A stretch of DNA of 63,919 bases, counting the filler, from Octopus bimaculoides (Eukaryota): NCBI RefSeq assembly GCF_001194135.2. It is 6 parts of 6 records of this genome, joined end to end, with 100 filler letters (N's around TTAATTAATTAA, not from the genome) between each part and the next. Parts side by side here need not be neighbours in the genome. Positions count along the whole stretch, not along the records: positions 33,732 to 51,700 come from NC_069004.1; 5 more parts are not named here. The stretch is one strand, 5' to 3'. Position 1 is the stretch's first letter. Each line of letters opens with the position of its first letter. The position numbers were made by a program, and so were the translations under genes. Shown one piece after another: positions 36,351 through 46,869 of this stretch. The notes beneath the pieces were generated by a model. The model was not told the origin of the DNA and ran no database searches. It saw nothing but the letters and a program-made list of their open reading frames with translations.

Positions 36351-36740
36351 CAGTAATCACTTGCCACATCGCGGTTCACCTATCGCGCCCTCAGTACATC
36401 GCGGATTTTTCCGGCTAATATATGTAAATTTATATCGCAGGTTTCTACTGCCGATAGGTATTTATATTTTTTTAGATTCTAATTATTTCTCTGGTAAAAT
36501 AAGCCTTTTCACACCTAAAAATTAATAAATTAATAAAAATACAGTACAGTACTGCACTGTATAACACATTAATTGAAATATATTAAACTGAAAATACGTA
36601 GTGTACCATAGATGAGTAAACAAAGAATCGCACATACTGTATGGGAAACGAAACTCAGGAGGCGAGTGTGTGGTGTTGTTTTACAGTACAGTACTGTTTA
36701 TAGTGACCCTAGTGTTTTACAGTACAGTACTGTTTATACT
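36351..36740 (+). mobile_element. Tigger/pogo-like transposon 5' portion
   Basis: TA then CAGTAATCACTTGCCACATCGCGGTTCACCTATCGCG...ATCGCGGATTTTT, typical of pogo/Tigger termini; internal repeated TACAGTACAGTACTG. Confidence 0.55.
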
Positions 36741-37071
36741 GAAGGCACACGGCTCAGTGGTTAGAGCGTCGAGCTTACGATCGTGAGGTTGAGTTCGAAT
36801 CCTGGACTGGGCTGCGTGTTGTGTTCTTGAGCAAGACACTTTATTTCACGTTGCTCCAGTTCACTCAGCTGTAGAAATGAGTTGCGACGTCACTGGTGCC
36901 AAGCTGTATCGGCCTTTGCCTTTCCCCTGGATAACATCAGTGGTGTGGAGTGGGGAGGCCGATATGCATGGGCGACTGTTGGTCATTCATAAACAACCTT
37001 GCCCAGACTTGTGCCTGGGAGGGTAACTTTCTAGGTGCAATCCAATGGCTATTCACGACAGAAGAGGGTCT
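36741..37071 (+). mobile_element. SINE family B (CORE-like), long-tail variant
   Basis: GGCTCAGTGGTTAGAGCG...GAGTTCGAATCC head; TTTCACGTTGCTCCAGTTCACTCAGCTGTAGAAATG core. Confidence 0.85.
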
Positions 37072-37420
37072 CAGCACTGTTTATACTTCACAGATTTTCA
37101 CCTATCACAGGGGTTTTTTGGAACATAACACCTGCGGTAGTCAAGGGATTACTGTAATTAAAAAATTTCCAAATTAACTTTCAGTTCATTTAGTTTTCAA
37201 TCAATTTAAATTTCGCAGTTCACTCCCTTGCTATGAAGTGCCATTAAACATTATCTGCTCCTCGTTTGCATCCAGAAATTGAGGCATACATATTGGCTTT
37301 TTAAGATTATCCTTCACTTGATTCAGTCATTGGTCTATGGCCACACTGAGGCACTGCTTTAAAGGATTTTAGCCAAATGAATCGACCCCAGAACTAATCT
37401 AAGTCTCATACATACTTATA

Positions 37421-37648
37421 AGCGCAGGAGTGGCTGTGTGGTAAGTAGCTTGCTTACAAACCACATGGTTCCGGGTTCAGTCCCACTGCGTGGCACCTTG
37501 GGCAAGTGTCTTCTACTATAGCCTCGGGCCGACCAAAGCCTTGTGAGTGGATTTGGTAGACGGAAACTGAAAGAAGCCCGTCGTATATATGTATATATAT
37601 ATATATGTATGTGTGTGTATATGTTTGTGTTTGTGTTTGGCCCCCCCC
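37421..37648 (+). mobile_element. SINE family A (3' end in gap)
   Basis: Near-consensus head and body. Confidence 0.9.
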
Positions 37649-38072
37649 NNNNNNNNNNNNNNNNNNNNNNNNNNNNNNNNNNNNNNNNNNNNNNNNNNNN
37701 NNNNNNNNNNNNNNNNNNNNNNNNNNNNNNNNNNNNNNNNNNNNNNNNNNNNNNNNNNNNNNNNNNNNNNNNNNNNNNNNNNNNNNNNNNNNNNNNNNNN
37801 NNNNNNNNNNNNNNNNNNNNNNNNNNNNNNNNNNNNNNNNNNNNNNNNNNNNNNNNNNNNNNNNNNNNNNNNNNNNNNNNNNNNNNNNNNNNNNNNNNNN
37901 NNNNNNNNNNNNNNNNNNNNNNNNNNNNNNNNNNNNNNNNNNNNNNNNNNNNNNNNNNNNNNNNNNNNNNNNNNNNNNNNNNNNNNNNNNNNNNNNNNNN
38001 NNNNNNNNNNNNNNNNNNNNNNNNNNNNNNNNNNNNNNNNNNNNNNNNNNNNNNNNNNNNNNNNNNNNNNNN

Positions 38073-38337
38073 AACACATACTTTAAGAAATTATTATTTC
38101 TTATACTTAATTGTTTATATTATGATTTTATTTACTCCATGTACCCACATGGGGATTAACACATACTTTCAGAAATTATTATTTCTTATATTTAATTGTT
38201 TATGTTATGATTTCATTTACCCCATGTACCCACATGGGGATTAACACATACTTTAAGAAATTATTATTTCTTATATTTAATTGTTTATGTTATGATTTTA
38301 TTTACTCTATGTACCCAGACTTTGTGGACACCCTGTA
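38073..38337 (-). repeat. 85-bp tandem array (about 3 visible units) ending in a Tc1/mariner-type TIR
   Basis: Units start at 38073, 38158 and 38243; the array ends ...GTACCCAGACTTTGTGGACACCCTG plus TA (reverse complement TACAGGGTGTCC...). Confidence 0.8.
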
Positions 38338-39142
38338 TAATACAAATGAAAGTAATAAATCAACATACAGATCCCGTTACAGTGTTTGGAATCGGCTGAC
38401 TAGATCTGGTGGCTGAAGATGCAAATGGTGGGAGGTTCCTTGACATTGATTTTTGATCTTGGTATGACACATTGTAGTGTCCAGGGCCTGGAATATTCTA
38501 CAGAGGAAAGAAAATGAGAGTAAAACATAACGTTATAATAACTGAAATATATTTAGGGAAGACAAGTTTTGAAAAAAATTATTGCCCCTCCTTCAATAAT
38601 GCTATGCTCCCATTCAGTTGAAGAGTCCTGTCTTGTTACTCCCTGGTGATCTCACTAGTGTCAGTTACCACAAAGGAAGCACCAAGTATATTCTGGGAAG
38701 TGGGTGGTGTAAGAATTGAGCATCCAGCTGTAGACATCATGCCAAAGCAGACACTGGAGCTTGAAACAGTCCTCTCACTCATCAGTTACTCTCAAACAGG
38801 TGGTGATGGTGGTGGTGACGGTGAGGGAGATGATGGTGATGATGTTGATATATATGGATATATGCATGCATGTGATAATATACGCAGTTTTAGACGCGTT
38901 TTGCCACTACACAGTAATTTCCCTTTGTTTTTAACGGTCATTTTTCACAGGAATTTTCAATTGGCCAGATAACTGAAGAGATGTTGGCGTGGGCTCCCAC
39001 CCTGGCATCCGAAACTTGGAGTTTTATCATGGCTACTGAATAAGTGTCACATATTTTTACAGATAAATTCCTCTATTTGCATAATATCGAAGGTCTCTTT
39101 CTTTTGTTGTCCTTCCTGTCAGATGTATATATATATATATAT

Positions 39143-39259
39143 ATGAGACGATTGCGCTGGTTTGGACATGTGGTGAGAATGAATGAGGATAGCTGCGTGA
39201 AAAAGTGCCACTCCCTAACAGTTGAGGGAACCCGGGGAAGAGGTAGGCCCAGGAAGACC
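39143..39259 (+). mobile_element. RTE LINE C-terminal fragment, 5'-truncated at (TA)n
   Basis: MRRLRWFGHVVRMNEDSCVKKCHSLTVEGTRGRGRPRKT. Confidence 0.9.
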
Positions 39260-39854
39260 NNNNNNNNNNNNNNNNNNNNNNNNNNNNNNNNNNNNNNNNN
39301 NNNNNNNNNNNNNNNNNNNNNNNNNNNNNNNNNNNNNNNNNNNNNNNNNNNNNNNNNNNNNNNNNNNNNNNNNNNNNNNNNNNNNNNNNNNNNNNNNNNN
39401 NNNNNNNNNNNNNNNNNNNNNNNNNNNNNNNNNNNNNNNNNNNNNNNNNNNNNNNNNNNNNNNNNNNNNNNNNNNNNNNNNNNNNNNNNNNNNNNNNNNN
39501 NNNNNNNNNNNNNNNNNNNNNNNNNNNNNNNNNNNNNNNNNNNNNNNNNNNNNNNNNNNNNNNNNNNNNNNNNNNNNNNNNNNNNNNNNNNNNNNNNNNN
39601 NNNNNNNNNNNNNNNNNNNNNNNNNNNNNNNNNNNNNNNNNNNNNNNNNNNNNNNNNNNNNNNNNNNNNNNNNNNNNNNNNNNNNNNNNNNNNNNNNNNN
39701 NNNNNNNNNNNNNNNNNNNNNNNNNNNNNNNNNNNNNNNNNNNNNNNNNNNNNNNNNNNNNNNNNNNNNNNNNNNNNNNNNNNNNNNNNNNNNNNNNNNN
39801 NNNNNNNNNNNNNNNNNNNNNNNNNNNNNNNNNNNNNNNNNNNNNNNNNNNNNN

Positions 39855-39890
<36 letters not shown>

Positions 39891-39894
39891 AGGA

Positions 39895-40045
39895 CAGGGT
39901 TCCATTCACCAAATCCATTCACAAGGCTTTGGTTGGCCTGAAGTCATAGTAGAAGACACTAGTGCAAGGTGCTATAAAGTGGGACTGAACCAAGGCCCAT
40001 GTGGCTGGGAAACAAGCTTCTTACCATACAGCTATATCTGCACTT
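39895..40045 (-). mobile_element. SINE family A 5' part, diverged
   Basis: CCAAATCCATTCACAAGGCTTTGGTTGGCC...TAGTAGAAGACACT...CTTCTTACCATACAGC. Confidence 0.8.
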
Positions 40046-40311
40046 ATGTGGAGAAAATAAATCTATGTTCACTTCTCATATTACCTGGTTTTATGCTTCA
40101 TTTGCTCCTCATGGAAAAATTTAATGTTTGGATCTCCTAGATTTTCCATTACATGGACAGATTACATTGCACTACATTGTAATTGATTACGGTGTAGACT
40201 GACAGCCGATTCCAGATGGAGAGCTTACTGTGAATGCCTCTTGATTCTCTGAATCTAACTTTCTGTTACTCTTTTATGTCTGTCTGTCTGTTTGCCTGTC
40301 TAACTATCTAA

Positions 40312-40379
<68 letters not shown>

Positions 40380-40450
40380 CTATGTATCTATCTTTCTATC
40401 TATATGCTTGTATTTATATCTATCTCATCTGTCCATCTATCTATCTATGA

Positions 40451-40744
40451 GAAGCACTACCCGTTCGGGATAAGCTCTACAGGCATGGCTCGAGAAACAC
40501 AGGGCCGACCTGTCCGAGATGCCGGCAGAGCGACGAAACCGTTCTGCACGCACTCGTACAGTGTCCCACCATTTCCGAGCTGTGGGCTTACGTCGAACAA
40601 CTGCTATCGCGTGTGGGACGAGTCGGTCTATCAGCCGAGTCTATCGTGAATATTGTCGCGCCTCCTTCCTTTAAACGGGAAGGAAGAGCTATTTTCATCG
40701 TACTTGTGGCTATGGCAAAAGAATGTGTATGGTGGACGCGTCTG
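40451..40744 (+). mobile_element. L1/Tx1-clade ORF2 C-terminal zinc-knuckle (zf-RVT) fragment, stop-free
   Basis: 98 open codons: EALPVRDKLYRHGSRNTGPTCPRCRQSDETVLHALVQCPTISELW...AKECVWWTRL (CxxC-x8-H-x4-C). The ORF track misses its 5' half because there is no Met. Confidence 0.85.
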
Positions 40745-41734
40745 NNNNNNNNNNNNNNNNNNNNNNNNNNNNNNNNNNNNNNNNNNNNNNNNNNNNNNNN
40801 NNNNNNNNNNNNNNNNNNNNNNNNNNNNNNNNNNNNNNNNNNNNNNNNNNNNNNNNNNNNNNNNNNNNNNNNNNNNNNNNNNNNNNNNNNNNNNNNNNNN
40901 NNNNNNNNNNNNNNNNNNNNNNNNNNNNNNNNNNNNNNNNNNNNNNNNNNNNNNNNNNNNNNNNNNNNNNNNNNNNNNNNNNNNNNNNNNNNNNNNNNNN
41001 NNNNNNNNNNNNNNNNNNNNNNNNNNNNNNNNNNNNNNNNNNNNNNNNNNNNNNNNNNNNNNNNNNNNNNNNNNNNNNNNNNNNNNNNNNNNNNNNNNNN
41101 NNNNNNNNNNNNNNNNNNNNNNNNNNNNNNNNNNNNNNNNNNNNNNNNNNNNNNNNNNNNNNNNNNNNNNNNNNNNNNNNNNNNNNNNNNNNNNNNNNNN
41201 NNNNNNNNNNNNNNNNNNNNNNNNNNNNNNNNNNNNNNNNNNNNNNNNNNNNNNNNNNNNNNNNNNNNNNNNNNNNNNNNNNNNNNNNNNNNNNNNNNNN
41301 NNNNNNNNNNNNNNNNNNNNNNNNNNNNNNNNNNNNNNNNNNNNNNNNNNNNNNNNNNNNNNNNNNNNNNNNNNNNNNNNNNNNNNNNNNNNNNNNNNNN
41401 NNNNNNNNNNNNNNNNNNNNNNNNNNNNNNNNNNNNNNNNNNNNNNNNNNNNNNNNNNNNNNNNNNNNNNNNNNNNNNNNNNNNNNNNNNNNNNNNNNNN
41501 NNNNNNNNNNNNNNNNNNNNNNNNNNNNNNNNNNNNNNNNNNNNNNNNNNNNNNNNNNNNNNNNNNNNNNNNNNNNNNNNNNNNNTCCAATTTATAATTA
41601 TTCAGTTTCAGGTTCCATCCCACAGGTTGGAACCTTGGGCACGTGTTTTCACTGATAGCCTTAGGCTTCCAAATATTTTGTCAATAGAATTTGGTAGACA
41701 GAAACAATACATTGGTCAATTTGTCTATAAGCAA

Positions 41735-41779
<45 letters not shown>

Positions 41780-42627
41780 TACATACATGCACACACATAC
41801 ATGCACATACACACAAATACACACATACACACATGTACTCACTCACACACACATACGCACTTCCATACACACGCACATATATATGTGTGTGAGTGTGTGC
41901 GTAAATGTTTATTTTTGCATGTCTTCACACTAAGACAGTGTGGGCATTGGTGATATTATGATTGCCTCCCCTGTCAACAATCCACCCTGTATATTGCTGG
42001 TTTCAACTTGTGATAATCAGTGGAATAAAAAAATGTTATTTGTGAAACAGATAAGATCTGGCAACACGGTGGAGCATCCAGCTATAGATCCCTGTCTCAA
42101 TAGATTTTGTTCCCAACCCTTGCTGGCATGATAAAAGTGACATAAAAATGGTGATGACAATGATGATGTCTATGACAACACCAATGACGACGATGACGAA
42201 GACAATGCCAATGATTACAACAACAATGATGATGATGATGATGATGATGATGACGATGATGATGATTGCTGTTATGATGATTATGATAATAATAATTCTT
42301 ATGATGACACTGATGACAAGACAATAATGATGAAGCTAACAACAGTGCTGCTGCTATTGATGGTGGTGATGATGATGATGATGATGATGATGACCTAATA
42401 CATACAATATATATATAAATACTCACAACATCTCTAGGATAGTTTCCTGATGTCATGCAAGCTATTCTCTCGTGCAATTGCTTATTCCAGCGCTCACATT
42501 TTCCAAACTTGCCTTGTATGTTTTTGCTCGACTCCAGTAATTGATCAATACCTGATTTCATTTCATATTGACCAGGACATGGATAGACTTTCTGGTAAAA
42601 AATCAAAAGCTTAAATTCAATCAATGT

Positions 42628-42859
42628 TTAACTCCTTTAGCATTCAGATTATTCTGCCAAATGTACTGCTTATTTTACTTAAATTGTCTTGAATTAATTA
42701 TATATATTATCTTATAGCTTTGAAATTTTGATGATGTGATTGTATAGCTTTAGAATGGCATTGTAGGGTTGATGTGAGAGGCCAAATCTGGCTGGTTTGA
42801 GCATAAAACAGGTAGAAAATTTGGGCTGAAAATGGACAGTTTAAATGCTAAAGGGTTAA
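42628..42859. mobile_element. piggyBac-like MITE with TTAA ends
   Basis: TTAACTCCTTTAGCATT ... AATGCTAAAGGGTTAA terminal inverted repeats. Confidence 0.6.
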
Positions 42860-42984
42860 ATACTTTAGGTTTAAATCACCCCTGTCCGGTCAAAATATTC
42901 TACCCGTTTTATGTTCAAACTGGCCAAATTCAGCTGGATCCACCTCCCTACAATGTCCAAAAATAAATAATGATTTCAGATTTT

Positions 42985-43185
42985 AGTACAAGGCCAGCAA
43001 TTTCAGGAGAGGGCTTTAATTGATGACATTAACCTGAGTGCTCAACTGATACTAATTTTATCAACTCTGAAAGACTGAAAGGCAAAGTTGACCTGGTCGG
43101 AATTTGAACTCAGAATGTAAAGGCAGATGCAATTCAGCTAAGCATTTTGCCTGGCATGCTAACAACTCTGCCAGCCTGCTGCCTT
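42985..43185 (-). mobile_element. SINE family C
   Basis: Same body as 34207; head CTGCCAGCCTGCTGCCT. Confidence 0.8.
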
Positions 43186-43254
43186 TGTCTAAAAAAGATG
43201 AAAGATAGTCATATCATTAAAATCTCAAAGCTATAGGATAATGCATGCTTAATT

Positions 43255-43402
43255 CAAAACATCGACCCCAGAGTATGACTGATACTTATTTCATCAACCC
43301 CCAAAAGGGACTTCAGTGTAATTTGAACCCAGAACATAAGGAAGGATGAAATGTTGCTAAGAATTTTGTCCAGTGTGTTAACAATTCTGCCAGCTTGCCC
43401 CC

Positions 43403-43403
<1 letters not shown>
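43255..43403 (-). mobile_element. SINE family C (internally deleted); head abuts (GAT)n
   Basis: ATCGACCCCAG...AATTTGAACCCAGAAC...CTGCCAGCTTGCCCCC. Confidence 0.75.
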
Positions 43404-43445
<42 letters not shown>

Positions 43446-43984
43446 AACTGACTGGAAGTGTTATCATGTACATTGTTTTGTCTTGGTATAAAAGATGGGC
43501 TACACCAAATATTCTGCTCAATACCACAGATTTGCTTGTCAATTGTTTGACCATAACCAGTTGAGAATGTCCCTTGGTGGCTGAGGATATGTGCATCTCT
43601 GATCACAAGCAGAAGTAGTGGAGGAGCATCATAGACATGTGTTGAAAGGAATTCTTTGGGGTTTGAATAATTCACCTTTGGAAACATGGGTGTTTTGCTC
43701 AACATCCTTAAACAAACCTTATTCAGAGACCTTTTGAGCAGGATGGGCTACTCGACCTGAAGAAAATTCTAACTGGGCCCCACCTGTAAGGTCATGTGCT
43801 ATTTATTTTGATATGAGATCACCATGTTGCATACATATGGTTGTGATGCATGTGCCTGGTGTACACTTGTCACATAGGATGCATGTGCCTGGTGTACCCT
43901 TGTCATGATGGGTATATTGGGTTTTGTATATTTGTACCCCAGTGTCACTTTGATGGTGTGTGCTGTTCTCTCAACAACAACAAT

Positions 43985-44193
43985 AATAATAATGGCTTCA
44001 AATTTTGGCACAAGGCCTGAAATTTTGGGGTAGGGGGGATAGTTGATTATCTCAACCCCAGTACTTGATTTTAATGGCCCTGAAAGAATGAAAGTCAAAG
44101 TTAACCTTGGCAGAATTTGAACTCTGAATGTAAATTCAGAAGAATTATTGCCAAGCATTCTGTCCAATGTGCTAACAATTCTGCCATCTCACC
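43985..44193 (-). mobile_element. SINE family C with (AAT)n at both ends
   Basis: AATAATAATGGCTTCAAATTTTGGCACAAGGCCTGAAATT...CTGCCATCTCACC then AAATAATAAT. Confidence 0.8.
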
Positions 44194-44203
44194 AAATAAT
44201 AAT

Positions 44204-44600
44204 AAGATCATGAAGGAAAAAAATGCTTTCTAGTTGATGTATCAATACCAGTAGATGACAACGTTTCCCTAAAAGAAATGGGAAACTTTCAAAATACAAA
44301 GACCTGGAAATAGAGGTAACTCGAATGTGGAATCTAAAAACAGAAACAATTCCTATCATAGTAGGTGCCTTAGGTATAATAAAAAAATATTCAGACAAAT
44401 ACATAACAAAAACACCAAGACTTACAAATATATATAACATACAGAAAATTGCACTACTGGGTACTGCACACATCCTACGCAAAACACTTTCAATACAGTA
44501 ATCATAAGAGCATCACAGCAAACCACAGCACATACCCAAGGCACACAGAGCTGTGCTCGGTAGTGAAGTGAAAGCACACTATAAAAATAAAACTACTGCA
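44204..44600 (+). mobile_element. 5'-truncated R4/Dong-like RLE end plus 3' UTR
   Basis: LSKYKDLEIEVTRMWNLKTETIPIIVGALGIIKKYSDKYI...IQKIALLGTAHILRKTLSIQ*; the 3' end runs into (AAT)n. Confidence 0.9.
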
Positions 44601-44601
44601 C

Positions 44602-44639
<38 letters not shown>

Positions 44640-45378
44640 CTCATAAAAGGTAATGGATGAAAGCAGGAAGGCAAAGATCCTCAGAGACTTTGACTTCCAG
44701 ACAGACAAGGTGTTAGAGCATCAAAGGCCTGATTTAGTAGCCTTTAGGAGGAATGAGCATGAGTGCCTAATAATCGACATGCCAGTGCCAGATCAACATA
44801 TCATGAAAGAAAGAGAAAAGGTCGACAAATATGGAGACCTGAAAATTGAGATTACCAAGATGGAGGCAGCTGTGAGAATGAAACACAAAGGTTGTCCCTG
44901 TTGTCATCGGAATATTAGGACACTTTAGAAATACGCTACAATCTTGGTGTATTGCAGAAAATGGCATTACATGCAACTGCATGCATAGTGTGTAAAGTGC
45001 TGTCAATCTGAGGTCTTTGTTGTAACTTGACAGACAGTACAAATCCTATGTACACATGATGTTTTCAACCTACAACATCAAAATGTGGAGGCACGTGGCT
45101 TAGTGGTTAGGGTGTCAGTACCATGGTCGTAAGATTGTGGTTTCGATCCCTGGACCGGGCGACGCGTTGTGTTCTTGAGCAAAACACTTCATTTCACGTT
45201 ACTCCAGTCCACTCAGCTGGCAAAAATGAGTAACGCTGCGATGGACTGGCATCCCGTCCAGCTGGGGAACACATACACCATTGAAACCGGGAAACCGGGC
45301 CTATGAGCCTGGCTAGGCTTTAAAAGGGCGCAAACAAACAACATCAAAATATTGGATACTGTGTGACATTTTCAATAA
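44640..45378 (+). mobile_element. Second R4/Dong-like RLE fragment, 3' UTR interrupted by a SINE
   Basis: KAKILRDFDFQTDKVLEHQRPDLVAF...CLIIDMPVP..KEREKVDKYGDLKIEI; starts directly after (AAT)n. Confidence 0.85.
45085..45337 (+). mobile_element. SINE family B with 13-bp target-site duplication
   Basis: TSD ACAACATCAAAAT at 45072-45084 and 45338-45350; A/B-box head, core and (AAAC)n tail. Confidence 0.92.
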
Positions 45379-45439
45379 TAAATTGTGGTGAATAAAAGAA
45401 AAAAGGAAACTAAGGTTATAGATATTGCTATAGCCTGAT

Positions 45440-45905
45440 ATGCATGCATAGGTTTAAGTTTATTATTGCTATGTCACAATGATGTAATGCATAAAGAGAG
45501 ACGTTATTTAGTGTGCACAGGTGACAAAGAGCAGGGAAAGGTGCAAAAATATTAAAAGATGAAATTGGAAGAATATGGGCAACAAAGAGAGTAACTGTTA
45601 TCCCAGTGGTTGTAGGGGCCTTGAAGGGGACTAACAATCAAGTTTGAGAAATATGTTGGAGGGACTGGAACTGGCATGTGTGTAGAGCATGCTAAAAAAA
45701 CTACTTCATTGGGGACAATGAGGATTTTGAGATTGGAACTTGGGTGTTAAGTATCTTCCACGATACTTAACATCTAGGTACCAAGTCTTTTAATTTATGG
45801 AAAGAGATCCTATGAGACATTGTGAGACCTTTGACAACAGGTTGCTGTCTGCTCTCACAGAATTAACAGGAGCAAGTAAGATTGAGAGCTCTGAGAAGTA
45901 AAATA
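45440..45905 (+). mobile_element. Third R4/Dong-like RLE fragment
   Basis: KEQGKVQKY / DEIGRIWATKRVTVIPVVVGALKG; the 3' UTR ends in (TAA)n at about 45906-45930. Confidence 0.7.
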
Positions 45906-45929
45906 TAATAATAATAATAATAATAATAA

Positions 45930-46146
45930 TCATCCTTTCTACTAAAGGCACAAGGCCTGAAATTTTGGGGGAGAGGTTAGCTGATTACATCAACCCCAGT
46001 ACTCAACTGGTACTTATTTCATCAACCCCAAAAGGATGAAAAACAAAGTCAGCCTAGGCAGAATTTGAACTCAAAACATAAAGGCAGGTGAAATACCACT
46101 AAGCATTTCGCCCAGCATACTAATGATTCTGTCAGGTCACTGCCTT
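45930..46146 (-). mobile_element. SINE family C between (TAA)n tracts
   Basis: ATCCTTTCTACTAAAGGCACAAGG...GTCAGGTCACTGCCT then TTATAATAATAAT. Confidence 0.85.
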
Positions 46147-46869
46147 TATAATAATAATAATAATGCTAAAAATAGCAACATCAACAACAACAACAACTAC
46201 AATAATGAAAGCAATACTTACTTTGCCTGTCTGGAGGGCTAGAGTTCGAGGACCAGTGAAGAGCTCATATGGACCACGATTACCAACAACTTTTTGCAAG
46301 AGAGAATCAATTCCACTTTTGATTTCATAAGTACCAGGACCTGGGTTCCGATTCTGGACGTAGAAAAATTAAACAGAAAAGAAGAAAAGATCAAAGAAAT
46401 ATTTTATTTTGTGGTAGATAGGTTTGAATTTCATCTTTTTACTTGTTTCGGTCATCTGCGTTCTATTGCAAACCTATGCAAGTTAATGCGTGAAAAACAA
46501 AATAGGAATTTTGAAAGAAGTATCTATACAACTAGTTTTTAAACATTGAATGGCTATGGGAGTTCACCAGAATAAAATTGTAAACAAAGGGGTTCACGCA
46601 ACCAAAAGAATAAATTGGGGGTCTATGGTAGTATATTAAGGGTCCATGTAAAATTTTGCTTTAGATGGGTTTATTGCAAGAAACAGCACAACATCTTCCT
46701 CTAATGTTTTAGCATTTAAATCTGTTGTTAAGTATGAAGTAAATTTTTATCTGAGGTTAATTGTATTGAATCATTTTCTTTTGCTTTTGCATTGCTGGAT
46801 CTTTTTTGGCGTTCTTTTGTCACTGAGCTGCTTTTTTCTTGTTTCAAGTAATTTTAAATTTGATTATTA

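Noticed and set aside
36741-36815. SINE heads (also 23690-23752, 45085-45160, 49208-49280) as tRNA genes
   Set aside because: A/B boxes are present but there is no closed acceptor stem, and they continue into multi-copy SINE bodies.
38073-38320. Hairpin-containing repeats as a CRISPR array
   Set aside because: No unique spacers (whole 85-bp units repeat), eukaryotic context and no cas genes.
43840-43900. Short tandem duplications (33 bp here; 19 bp at about 18680-18720; 37 bp at about 36690-36740)
   Set aside because: Ordinary slippage products inside repeats; no further structure.
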